From: Naegleria gruberi
Lineage: Eukaryota
Length of the DNA: 64,000 nucleotides
NCBI GenBank assembly: GCA_000004985.1
Contig: GG738854.1
Strand: one strand, 5' to 3'
The translations under genes and the position numbers were made by a program. Below, piece after piece: positions 33,357 through 43,108 of the stretch. The notes beneath the pieces were generated by a model. That model worked only from the letters and a program-made list of their open reading frames with translations. It was not told where the DNA came from and did not search any database. Positions within the stretch are counted from its first letter, which is position 1, and each line of letters begins with the position of its first letter.

Positions 33357-36300
33357 ATGTCCGGGAGTGATGAGTTGGAGGCCTCTGCTATAGAAGACGA
33401 CCAAAGATCTAATTATTTCGAATCGAGGACTCATATGAAAGGAAATGGAGAAGGCTCAAGTATTGTTGGAAGTGCACTAAGTGTTCAATCGAATAATAGT
33501 ACAATAGCCTCGACAACTATGAGAACAGTGCAAACTGGAATATTGACTTTTATTTTGGCTCTACAGGATAAATCATACAAGAAATCAAAGAGGTTTATTT
33601 TTATTTCAATACTGTATCATTTGTATATCATTTGGACTTCAATCTTCTTACCAACACTAGGCGAATACAATTGGGGAGAGTATGGAAGTTGGATTTTCAA
33701 AGCACTTAATTATCCAATCACATTTTCATTAGATTTGGTGCCCTATGAAGAGAGTGCTGCAATTGCAGGTGTCATTATGGCTGTCATCTTGTTGGGTTTG
33801 TTTTTTGTGTCATTTTCTGCTTGGACTGTTTATAGAAATAGCAAGTTGGTTGAAAAGATGAAAGTGGTAATGGCTGTGTCGAGTTTGGTGTTTTCAGTGC
33901 TGAGCAAACCATTTGCTTTTGTTTTGGCTGGTTTTATTGATTGTGACTTTTCAAAGACAGTTTACTTTGAAGATATTGATGATAATACTAATGCACTTTC
34001 TCGATTCCAAACAGTTGCTTGTTTTGGAGGTAACACGTACTTGTATGCACTTTCGATTATTTCAATGCTTGCATTTTCTCTAGTGATACTTTCAACTCAT
34101 TTTGCCTATTCTCCTAGTTGGAGGAGTAAGGTTGTGTTTCATACAGTTGTTGGTTGGCCCATTACCTATTTGGTTATTTCAAACATGCTTGAGATTTATC
34201 TAATATTCTTTATTCCAAAATCTGAAATTTGGGCAAGAGCTACTTTACATTTGGTAGCAGCCCTGACATTTGTTCCAATGATTCTAATTACACTTCCCTT
34301 TCAGAGACGTATTGAAAATTCCTTCTATCTTGCTGTAGCTTTTGCAAAGGTTGGATCTTCAATTGGTTCACTCATTTCTTCCTTGGTCAATTCTAATAAT
34401 AAGTGGGATTTAGGTCTTGGAATGTCAGGTTTAACAATTGGTCTCATTATTTTAGGTTTCTGTGTTGGATTCATTGTGATGGAGTTGTATATACTAAGAA
34501 CAATGGCTTTCATTAGACACAAGATGATTAAGGCCATCGAGAGAGGAGTTTCCATTTCAGATACTGCTCAAACTCAACTTTCAGAGTCTGCAAAAATGGG
34601 CCTTGAAAGAGAAGCTACAAATATCTATTCCTCACTTCATGAATCACAAAGTTTGAACAAGCTCAAAATATTTATTAGGTTTAACATAATCCGAAGAAGC
34701 AAGCAAACAAAGGCAATACTAGACGATACGGATATGTGTCTCGCATTTATTAAGGGTGTTTCTCATCAGAAAACATTCAATGATCCTTCTCTAATATTGT
34801 TCTCCAGTTTACTTATCTATGTCAACCATCCAGATGAATCGAATAGCTCAATTTTTGCCAATAGTTTGTTGAAAAAAACTACGCGAGTCAAGTTATCATT
34901 CTTTGAGAAAGTTACCCTTGGTGAGGTTACCAAAGAATTGAACATCTCTAAAAATGGTAAAGTTGCAAGAAACACAACAGACTTGGAATCATTGCTAGTT
35001 AGAGTTGATTCAAATTTTTCGCAACTCAAATCTCTTCACAAATCCTTCTGGAAAGAATTTTTACAAGATGTTGTTGACACTACTAACTTGGAAGTTATCA
35101 ATAGTAAATGTGCTCAATTGATGGCTGACTCTGAAAATATTTTCCACAATAGAATTTCAAGATATAAGAATAACAAAACCTTCTTGAGATCATATGCTCG
35201 CTTTCTAGATGAAATCAAGTTTGACAAGGATCAAGCTGCTGAACTCTTCCAAGAAGCAGCAACTATGGAAGAGGAAGAGCTTGCCACAAAGAGAAGGAGG
35301 CAGAGAAAGTTTAGTCGTGTTGTGCCCTATGATGGACCTGTAGTAAGCGTTGAACCTCCTGCATTCTCTCTCGATGGGTTGAGAAAGGGAACAAATGAAC
35401 CAATTACAAACCTAATGGATGATGATTTTGATGATCATATGTTGGATGGTGTTGAGAATGAACCTGCAACTAAGAGAGAGTATGTTTTCAAAGCGGCTCT
35501 AGCACAAAAGACCAACGGAGAGTTGCACGTGGCCTCTGTAGTAATGTTCTGCCTTCTTTCATTTGCAATAATACTTGTTTCCCTTGTGTTGAATGTGTAT
35601 TATTCAGAGGAAGTTCTTTCAAATGTCAAGTTTGTCCAACAAGTTTGTGAACCAACTGTTTCTTCATATGCAATCTTGAAACAAATCAGAAATAATCAAA
35701 TACTAATCCAAGCAAAGAATCAGGGTATTGGTGTTCAGGAAGCTGAACTAATTGACGTCTTGGAAATAGAAACAGATAGCAACATTACTGTAACAAGTTT
35801 AAATGAGATTTGGAAGGAGAGACTTAATTTCTATGTTGAACATATTGAACATGTTAAAAAGATGTCACAAGGTAAAATTGTTGGAAAATTCACACCTGAA
35901 ATGTATGAAGATTACAATAGTGAAACAAATGAAGTATTTGTTCCTGTGATTCAAACAAAGAATCAAAATTCATTCATTGAGGTCATTAAGAAGAATGTTT
36001 CACTCTCTGAAATTTCATCACTCTTGATTGATATTGTTGAAAATTATCCATCAGGAGGATACAATGAAACATTGAAAGAATATGATTTCATGTTGGTATT
36101 CTTGAACAGGGAAACTTTCACAAATGCCTTTGTGAAAACATGTTTCAGTTTCTTGGAAAGATGTGAACTTGACTCTGTGCAATTTGATAACACTTTCCTC
36201 TATTTCTTTGTTGGTTCTGCCTGTTTTTATATTCTGTCCTCCCTAATTTACATTATTTACATCAGGATTCAATTCACTCTAGTTGCCAACACACTGGCAT

Positions 36301-38399
36301 TATACGAAAGACATTTAACAAAAGACTTGGTTGGTAAGATCTACCAAGAATTAGGAAAGAATGTTGATGAGAATTCTACCACTAGCTTCCTTAAATCTTT
36401 CATTACCAAACCAAAGGTATTTTCTTTTGTTTGTATCCTTTCTTTGGCTTTTCTTACAATTCTTGCATCATCAATGATGTTTTTGGAGTTGAGATTGAAC
36501 TCTGACTTGGGATTTTCAACCATGTTGAGTGTGCGCAAGACTGCAGAATCATTAGTGTTGGCCCAATCAATTGGGCACAAGTTGAATGAGCAGTTCATAT
36601 CAACACTTTCTTCATCTATTTACAATGATCCCTTGCTTGTAAACAACTCAACAATGAATCTATTCAGATATGAAGTGAGATATAATGTTACTGATTTTAG
36701 AAGAACATATAATGAGCTGATTTACGGAAAAATAGGAGTTTCACCAACCATTCTTGGCGCCATTCCAAAGATTGATGAAATTATTACAGGAACAGACTGT
36801 ACTGCTGGAAACTGCACAAGTTTGGAAAACACAGTCGATGAGTTCACTATTAAATCAAGCAAGTACAATGAGGATTTGATGAAAGGTGTTTTCTCTCCAG
36901 AGGAGCTAATTTTGAAAAACACAGTAGTTGATGGTTTGGTACATCATTTGTGTGTTGATTTGTTAGAGTTTTTGGCCTTGTTTACCATTGCTAGATCAAC
37001 ACCATCAACAATTATTGCACTTCTATTCGGTATATTTGGATTTTCTGCCGTAGTGTTATTTTTTGGCTTGTTGAACAAGGTGTTCCACAATCATTGGAAT
37101 GATATTTTCCATTTAAGAAACATGTTGAATTATGTTGGATATGATCACTTGGATTCCAGTGATCCTTTGAGAAACTATGCTTTGTACAATCAGTTACCAG
37201 GTAAGAATATATTCAAAAAGAAGAATAAGATTGCCTCAGCAGAGGGTGATGAATCCAAAGTAAGAAATATTCTCAATGCAGCAGTTGATGGAGCAGTGTT
37301 GTGTAACAGTGCATGCGATATTGAAATATTCAATCCAGCAGCTCAAAGAATGTTTGGATGCAAACAATCAGATACTTTGGGAACTCCAATTTTCACTCTC
37401 TTTGATAAAGAATCGAGGACAGAGTTGGAGAGAGTCATTTCTGACTTGATTAAGAATGCCAAATCGACAACATCTTCTGAAAGTCTTGGTGAAACTGTTG
37501 AATTGGATTGTGTGAGAAAGAACTTGACAAAATTCCCTGCAAAAATCAATTTGTTTTCAACACTGTTTGATGGAAAACCAGTTGTGACATGTTTCATTAA
37601 GGATGCAACTTCTGAAAAGAAACAAAATGCATTGTTGGCTGAAGAAAAGAAAAAGTCTGAAAATCTATTGAGATCTATTTTGCCAGAAAGTGTTGCCAAC
37701 AGATTGAAATCTGGTGAAACATTCATTGCTGAGAAATTTGCAGATATTACCTGTTTCTTTTCTGACATGGTTGGATTCACTCAAATGTCTTCAACCCTCA
37801 ATCCAACTCAATTGGTTGGAATGTTAAATAATATTGTGAATGGATTTGATGCCTTAACAGACAAATATAGTTTGGAAAAGATCAAGACAATTGGAGATGC
37901 CTATTTTTGTGTTGGAGGAATTGGAAATACACAATCTGATCACCCAGAAAGAATGCTTCGTTTCTCAATGGATATTTTCCAAATATTGAGAACCTACAAT
38001 GAACAGAATAGAAAGGAATTTGGACATCAAATCAATATTCGAGTTGGAGTGAATACAGGAAGTGCAGTTGCAGGTGTGATTGGTACAAAGAAATTTGCCT
38101 ATGATTTGTGGGGTGATACCATCAACACTGCTTCTCGAATGGAATCGACATCAATTGCTGGAAGAATTCAAATTTCCAGATCAACTTATGAAAGAGTTTA
38201 TGATATGGGTCTTGAATTTGAAGAAAGAAGTGTTGAAGCAAAAGGAAAGGGTTTGTGTCTCACTTATTTAGTCAAATCTCATCACCATGCTCAAGCAATC
38301 ATTACGGATGATGTTGTTGATTTTGTTCCAGAAGAAGAAAAGGATGAGCAAGACTTGGAAGTAAGCTATCCTGTTAGGTCCAGTAAAGATGAAGAATAA
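33357..38399 (+). CDS. Multi-TM PAS-domain class III adenylyl cyclase (paralog B, tandem duplicate)
   Basis: First ATG at 33357 (MSGSDELEA). The ORF-track start at 33345 is a TTG. Same architecture as paralog A. The N-terminal half is roughly 50-60% identical to A at protein level. The 3' ~1.1 kb and an internal ~0.37-kb block are >=99% identical to A at nucleotide level. Confidence 0.85.
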   Translation: MSGSDELEASAIEDDQRSNYFESRTHMKGNGEGSSIVGSALSVQSNNSTIASTTMRTVQTGILTFILALQDKSYKKSKRFIFISILYHLYIIWTSIFLPTLGEYNWGEYGSWIFKALNYPITFSLDLVPYEESAAIAGVIMAVILLGLFFVSFSAWTVYRNSKLVEKMKVVMAVSSLVFSVLSKPFAFVLAGFIDCDFSKTVYFEDIDDNTNALSRFQTVACFGGNTYLYALSIISMLAFSLVILSTHFAYSPSWRSKVVFHTVVGWPITYLVISNMLEIYLIFFIPKSEIWARATLHLVAALTFVPMILITLPFQRRIENSFYLAVAFAKVGSSIGSLISSLVNSNNKWDLGLGMSGLTIGLIILGFCVGFIVMELYILRTMAFIRHKMIKAIERGVSISDTAQTQLSESAKMGLEREATNIYSSLHESQSLNKLKIFIRFNIIRRSKQTKAILDDTDMCLAFIKGVSHQKTFNDPSLILFSSLLIYVNHPDESNSSIFANSLLKKTTRVKLSFFEKVTLGEVTKELNISKNGKVARNTTDLESLLVRVDSNFSQLKSLHKSFWKEFLQDVVDTTNLEVINSKCAQLMADSENIFHNRISRYKNNKTFLRSYARFLDEIKFDKDQAAELFQEAATMEEEELATKRRRQRKFSRVVPYDGPVVSVEPPAFSLDGLRKGTNEPITNLMDDDFDDHMLDGVENEPATKREYVFKAALAQKTNGELHVASVVMFCLLSFAIILVSLVLNVYYSEEVLSNVKFVQQVCEPTVSSYAILKQIRNNQILIQAKNQGIGVQEAELIDVLEIETDSNITVTSLNEIWKERLNFYVEHIEHVKKMSQGKIVGKFTPEMYEDYNSETNEVFVPVIQTKNQNSFIEVIKKNVSLSEISSLLIDIVENYPSGGYNETLKEYDFMLVFLNRETFTNAFVKTCFSFLERCELDSVQFDNTFLYFFVGSACFYILSSLIYIIYIRIQFTLVANTLALYERHLTKDLVGKIYQELGKNVDENSTTSFLKSFITKPKVFSFVCILSLAFLTILASSMMFLELRLNSDLGFSTMLSVRKTAESLVLAQSIGHKLNEQFISTLSSSIYNDPLLVNNSTMNLFRYEVRYNVTDFRRTYNELIYGKIGVSPTILGAIPKIDEIITGTDCTAGNCTSLENTVDEFTIKSSKYNEDLMKGVFSPEELILKNTVVDGLVHHLCVDLLEFLALFTIARSTPSTIIALLFGIFGFSAVVLFFGLLNKVFHNHWNDIFHLRNMLNYVGYDHLDSSDPLRNYALYNQLPGKNIFKKKNKIASAEGDESKVRNILNAAVDGAVLCNSACDIEIFNPAAQRMFGCKQSDTLGTPIFTLFDKESRTELERVISDLIKNAKSTTSSESLGETVELDCVRKNLTKFPAKINLFSTLFDGKPVVTCFIKDATSEKKQNALLAEEKKKSENLLRSILPESVANRLKSGETFIAEKFADITCFFSDMVGFTQMSSTLNPTQLVGMLNNIVNGFDALTDKYSLEKIKTIGDAYFCVGGIGNTQSDHPERMLRFSMDIFQILRTYNEQNRKEFGHQINIRVGVNTGSAVAGVIGTKKFAYDLWGDTINTASRMESTSIAGRIQISRSTYERVYDMGLEFEERSVEAKGKGLCLTYLVKSHHHAQAIITDDVVDFVPEEEKDEQDLEVSYPVRSSKDEE

Positions 38400-39152
38400 A
38401 ATTCAATTAATACTCCTGTTGTGTCCATTCCGCAAGTGAAGGTTGAAAAAATTATCTGTTTAAAATGAAGATGAATCATGGAGAATTTTTGTTTTAATTA
38501 ATTTATTTTTATTTTATAAATTTAAGCGCCAACGAGAACCGTTACGAATCATCCTTCAAAAATATCATTTTTTCATCACAACAATAAAAAAATCTTTCTA
38601 GATTATCAGGCAATCCGATCTCACAAATTATTCTCACTTCAATCCCAAACCAGATGCAAAATTCTTCTTCTCACAATACTAATATCATCACATGATCCAT
38701 CGAAAATATCTTTGCCAAAGGAATTACCCAGCCGATAGGGTTGCTCATCATTCTCCTCACCATCACAAACTCTCTTCAATTCATCAAAACTAACGCTCCA
38801 TGACCATTTAGAAGGTGTATCTATTATACAATGATTCGTAATGCTGATCAAGAAACAAATTCCTCTCTCTTACACTGATAAGCAGAGAGAGGATGATTTA
38901 ATTGGATTACTCTTTAGGAAGGTCAAGGCTAAGAGAGGTGGTGGGTTCTTCGTTCCCAATCCAAACCTCATTCAGAAAAAAACAACCGAGAGTCTTCATC
39001 AAATTGAAGAAGAATAACAATTACATTATCATCATCATTGATTCCATAGAGGAGGATAAGGAGTGGTGGTTGATAATAATTATCGATAAGAGATTGAAAT
39101 TTCATTCTAGAAAGAATTTTGTTGTTGTTTGATTGAATTTTAAATTAGGAAA

Positions 39153-40806
39153 ATGTTATGGATTGTCATTGTGTCGGGTATAACGAGTTTTGTGCTGTCA
39201 TGTGGTATGGGTGCAAATGATGTGGCCAATAGTTTTGGTACTGTTGTTGGTTCCAAGACATTGAGTATGAAGTGGGCCATTGTCATTGCGAGTATATTCG
39301 AATTTCTTGGAGCTATGGGTATGTTTTTGTAATTGTTGTTGTAAATTTATCATGAAAATGTTGTTTGCACAGTGATGGGTATGTTAAAAATCAAGTAATT
39401 GTCAATTAATTGTATTGATTGTATTGGAATAATTAGGTGATTATGTGAGTGGAACTTTGAGAACTGGAATTATTGTGGAAGGATTTTTCCAACCAGGTGA
39501 AGAAACCTTCTACATGATTGGAATGATGTGTGTCTTGTTAGGTCCTACAATTTGGCTCATATTCTCGACCTATCTTTCATTGCCAGTCTCAACAACTCAT
39601 GCAGTTGTTGGTGGCATTTGTGGATTTGTCATTTCACTGAAAGGATACAAGGCCATTCAATGGATGACCATTGGAAGAATTGCACTCTCTTGGGTTGTTT
39701 CACCAATTTTGGGAGGTATTGCATCGGCTCCACTTTATTTTGTTATTAAGAAATTCATTTTGCAAGGAAATGTTGAAAAGAGAACACTAATCTTTTTCCC
39801 AATTATTACTGCCATTACTGTTACAATGGTATTTGGTTCATTATTCATTGAAGGTTCTCCAGCATTGTATTTGGATAGAGTACCACTTGCAGCTTCAATT
39901 CCAACAACTATTGGTGTTGGTATTATTGTTGGTATTGTTTGTGCTTGTTTCATTCCACTCATCAAGAGACAATTACACAAGAGAGCTATCAAGAAGGCCA
40001 TTGAAAAGCAACATGAACAACAAGCTAAGCATGAAACTGGAGAGGTAGATATTGCTCAATCCCTCACAACTGAAACAGAAATGAACAATACTGTGGCCAA
40101 TCTTGAAAATGTGGATAATATTAATGAGAAGAATAGTACAGTTGTTGGAGAATCATCTTATGGATCATTGGAAGATGAGGATGAACTTGAAAAGAATGAC
40201 ATTACAAAGGTTGCTGAGGAAAATAATGAAAATGTTGAGGAGACTACCAAATACTTTGATTCTCACGAAATGACAATTGAAACACAAAAGGAGAATTCTG
40301 ATGTCATTTACAAGGGATTGATGATTTTCTGTGCTTCCTTGACAAGTTTTTCACATGGTGCCAATGACGTCAGTAATGCTGTTGGTCCTTTCAGTGCCAT
40401 CTATTCAGTCTATGTTCAAGGACATTTGAAGGTTGACGCCTTTGTACCTTACTGGATTTTATTTATTGGAGCTGCTGGTATTGTTGTTGGATTGGCAGCC
40501 TTTGGATCACGTGTCATTAAGACTGTTGGTAATAATTTGAATAAGAAACAATTGGTTCCATCTCAAGGTTTTAGTAGTCAATTGTGTGGAGCTTCATTTG
40601 TCTTGATTGCTTCTAAAATGGGAATTCCAGTCAGTACAACCAATGCTCTTGTAGGTGCAGTCATTGGTGTTGGTATTGTTGAAGATTTTTCAGGTGTAAA
40701 ATGGAAACTGTTGGGAGAAGTTGTTATTGGTTGGTTGACCACATTGCCAATCTCTGCAATTTTATCTGCAGCCATGTTCTCATTCCTTAAATGGCTTGTT
40801 ATTTAA
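39153..40806 (+). CDS. PiT-family (SLC20 / Pho89-like) inorganic phosphate transporter. Two exons: 39153..39318 and 39437..40806
   Basis: Exon 1 is MLWIVIVSGITSFVLSCGMGANDVANSFGTVVGSKTLSMKWAIVIASIFEFLGAM and carries the first PiT signature GANDVAN. Exon 2 carries the second, SFSHGANDVSNAVGPFSAIY, plus the hydrophilic central loop typical of PiT. Confidence 0.8.
39319..39436 (+). other. Spliceosomal intron (118 nt, GTATGT...ATTAG, phase 1)
   Basis: Donor is ATGG|GTATGT. Acceptor is AATTAG|GTGATTATG. The intron is AT-rich and joins the two halves of the conserved FEFLGA(M/V)..G motif region in frame. Confidence 0.7.
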
Positions 40807-41358
40807 ATAATTGCATAATGTACAAACTCTTGAAAGTACTTGGATGGCTTTGAATTCGATTCTCATAACTTGAGAGAATTTATTCGAATCGGTGTGCATT
40901 TAAATTCCTTAGATAAAAAAATATTATTTTAACAAACCTTTGACTCTAAAGGAAATGCAATTAACACGAATGTAATTATTAAAACCTTAAACCTTGATTA
41001 CAATGCATTTTGTAATACACGTCTTTTCCACACTACGGCGCCATAATGTCTTGGATTCACTTGCCTTATTCTCTCCCATAAAAGATTTTTTCACCACACC
41101 CAATCAAAATATTAAACAACAGGCAACATTTCCTTCTCAATTGCTAGTTGACATTTTTTAATGCTTGTTGATCCTGCCACAGACCTTATTTGGGCAAATC
41201 TGCGAAGGAGTAACGCGCTCAAAAAAAAATCCTCGATTCTCTCAAAGGCTTCTTTCTGCAGTAGAACTTTTCTCTTTGATTCCTTCCCAAACTAACTTTC
41301 GTTGAAGAACATCACATCAATACAAAGATTTTTAATTGACCAAATAATTTGAAAAAAG

Positions 41359-41987
41359 ATGAATGAAAGATTGGCTTTTCACTTGAAGAACAAGTATGTG
41401 ATTATTAGTGTGGTCGCCACAGTGTTGGCTATTATATTATTGGTGGCGGGTTTGGGTGCTGCTATTGCTACGTGGGCTGCTGCTTCTCACTTTTCTATAT
41501 ATTCATCTGTTGAGAAGCATTCTGATTGTACACCAAGGTTTGTGTTTTTTTGTGTGTGAATGATAGCTAATTGACTTGATTCTATTTTCTTGATGATAGT
41601 GGTTGCTCAATTGTCAATGGAAATGTAATGCAATATAATATTACAAAGAATGGAGTGACTGTTACTGTTACATCAAGTGATTTAAACACTAATCTATGTA
41701 ATTCGACCTTTGTGGACTGTTATTACAATGTGGATAGTTTGCCAAAGACCTTGTGGAATACAAGTGAAAAAAAGGATTCCAGTAGGACAACTGTTGCTGC
41801 TTACATTATTTTGGGATTAGCTTTCATGATCATTCCAATTTGTGTGTTACTTGTCGATGGGTTGACCATTTTCTGGTGTTATAAACGTAAGCTTGTTGGT
41901 GACGAAACTGAACTAATCCCTGGTGGAAATACATCCTCTACTAGAGATAGTGTCAGTGTTTCAAACCAGAACTCTTCCTCAGTGTAA
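41359..41987 (+). CDS. Small membrane glycoprotein, bitopic or type II-like. Two exons: 41359..41537 and 41600..41987
   Basis: ATG at 41359. N-terminal anchor VIISVVATVLAIILLVAGLGAAIATWAAA. Cys- and N-sequon-rich ectodomain. Second TM VAAYIILGLAFMIIPICVLLV. The join ...SDCTPS|GCSIVNGNV needs a phase-2 intron. Confidence 0.45.
41538..41599 (+). other. Spliceosomal intron (62 nt, GTTTGT...GATAG, phase 2)
   Basis: Sequence gtttgtgtttttttgtgtgtgaatgatagctaattgacttgattctattttcttgatgatag. Only the acceptor at 41598-41599 restores the downstream frame without a stop. Confidence 0.45.
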
Positions 41988-42394
41988 TATTCGGAATGCA
42001 ACAATTTCATAACAATTTATGTGAGACAACACAACAGTGATTGTATTAAATATTTATTCTAATTTATTGCACCATATTATCTTCACCAATACCGAACACA
42101 GTTAACAAACAAGAAAAAAATGCAAAGATTGATCAAACCACATTCCATCAAAAACTTATCTACAGTTCGAGTTCGATTTTTCTCTCGATCTCTCAATCAA
42201 TTTGAGAAACCAATTAATCCTCACGATCCACAACATGATCTCACTTTTGATAATGACAACAATAGCATTGGTAAGGATTCTCTTTGATTTCATCAATTTT
42301 GTGTAACCAAATTCTTGTCCGCGCTCGAACCATTAAATAATTTGTAAAAAAACCGCAACATTTCAAAATCCAAAAAAACAACTCGACACTTATC

Positions 42395-43108
42395 ATGCCA
42401 TCTTCATCATCTTCAAAATCTAAAAAATCCAAACAATCATCTTCCGATGATGAAAAAACCAAATCAAAAATTACAAAATCAACCAAAACAATGAACAAAA
42501 AAACAACTAAAAAACCAGAAAGGAAAATTAATCAAGTAGAAACGTTTTTTGCAAAAGATCAAGAAACATGGAGAAAGTGGCTTGAGGAGAATAATGCAAG
42601 CAAGGATGCAATTTGGTTGATTTATCATAAAAAGCATACTAAAAGGGAAACTATAGTTTATGAACGAGCTTTGGATGAAGCACTTTGCTTTGGATGGATC
42701 GATTCAACAGCCAGACCTCATCCTGAGGATCCTGACAATTCATACATGCAATACTTTTGTAAAAGAAAGGTCGATAAGAGTCAGTGGTCAAAGAAAAACA
42801 AGGATCGAGTGGCAGAATTGATTGAGGAAGGGAAAATGACAGAACATGGACTTTCAATGATTAATAAGGCAAAGGAAAATGGAATGTGGGATTTAATGAA
42901 TGATGTCTATGATTTGAAAATTCCACAAGATTTGAAAGATGCATTTGAAGATGAAGAGGATGCATTTGAATATTTTGAAAGTCTAACTAAAAGTGTAAAG
43001 AAGCAAGCTCTCAATATGGTATTCCAAGCAAAGAGAGAGGCAACCAGACAGAAGAGAATTCAACATATTGTGGATAAGTGTAAAAATAATGAAAAGCCAA
43101 TTTTCTAG
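42395..43108 (+). CDS. YdeI/OmpD-associated family (bacterial-type) protein with a eukaryote-style Lys/Ser-rich N-terminal extension
   Basis: ATG at 42395. The core WRKWLEENNASKDAIWLIYHKK...YERALDEALCFGWIDSTARPH...SYMQYFCKRKVDKSQWSKKNKDRVAELIEEGKMTEHGL...ENGMW is followed by IPQDLKDAFEDEEDAFEYFESLTKSVKKQALNMVFQAKREATRQKRIQHIV. This matches the two-part YdeI/OmdA-like pattern found almost only in bacteria (EALCFGWID ... S.WS..N...V..L...G.M ... AKREETRQRRI). Confidence 0.55.
   Translation: MPSSSSSKSKKSKQSSSDDEKTKSKITKSTKTMNKKTTKKPERKINQVETFFAKDQETWRKWLEENNASKDAIWLIYHKKHTKRETIVYERALDEALCFGWIDSTARPHPEDPDNSYMQYFCKRKVDKSQWSKKNKDRVAELIEEGKMTEHGLSMINKAKENGMWDLMNDVYDLKIPQDLKDAFEDEEDAFEYFESLTKSVKKQALNMVFQAKREATRQKRIQHIVDKCKNNEKPIF

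Noticed and set aside
29632-38271. Antisense and alternative-frame ORFs inside the cyclase genes (29632..30198, 31552..31824, 32119..32556, 32856..33047, 34325..34555, 36341..36598, 36722..36922, 37343..37780, 38080..38271). They include two pairs that are near-identical to each other
   Set aside because: They overlap strongly supported sense-strand coding sequence. The 'conserved' pairs are identical only because the underlying sense sequence is duplicated with >=99% identity. None has protein-like composition.
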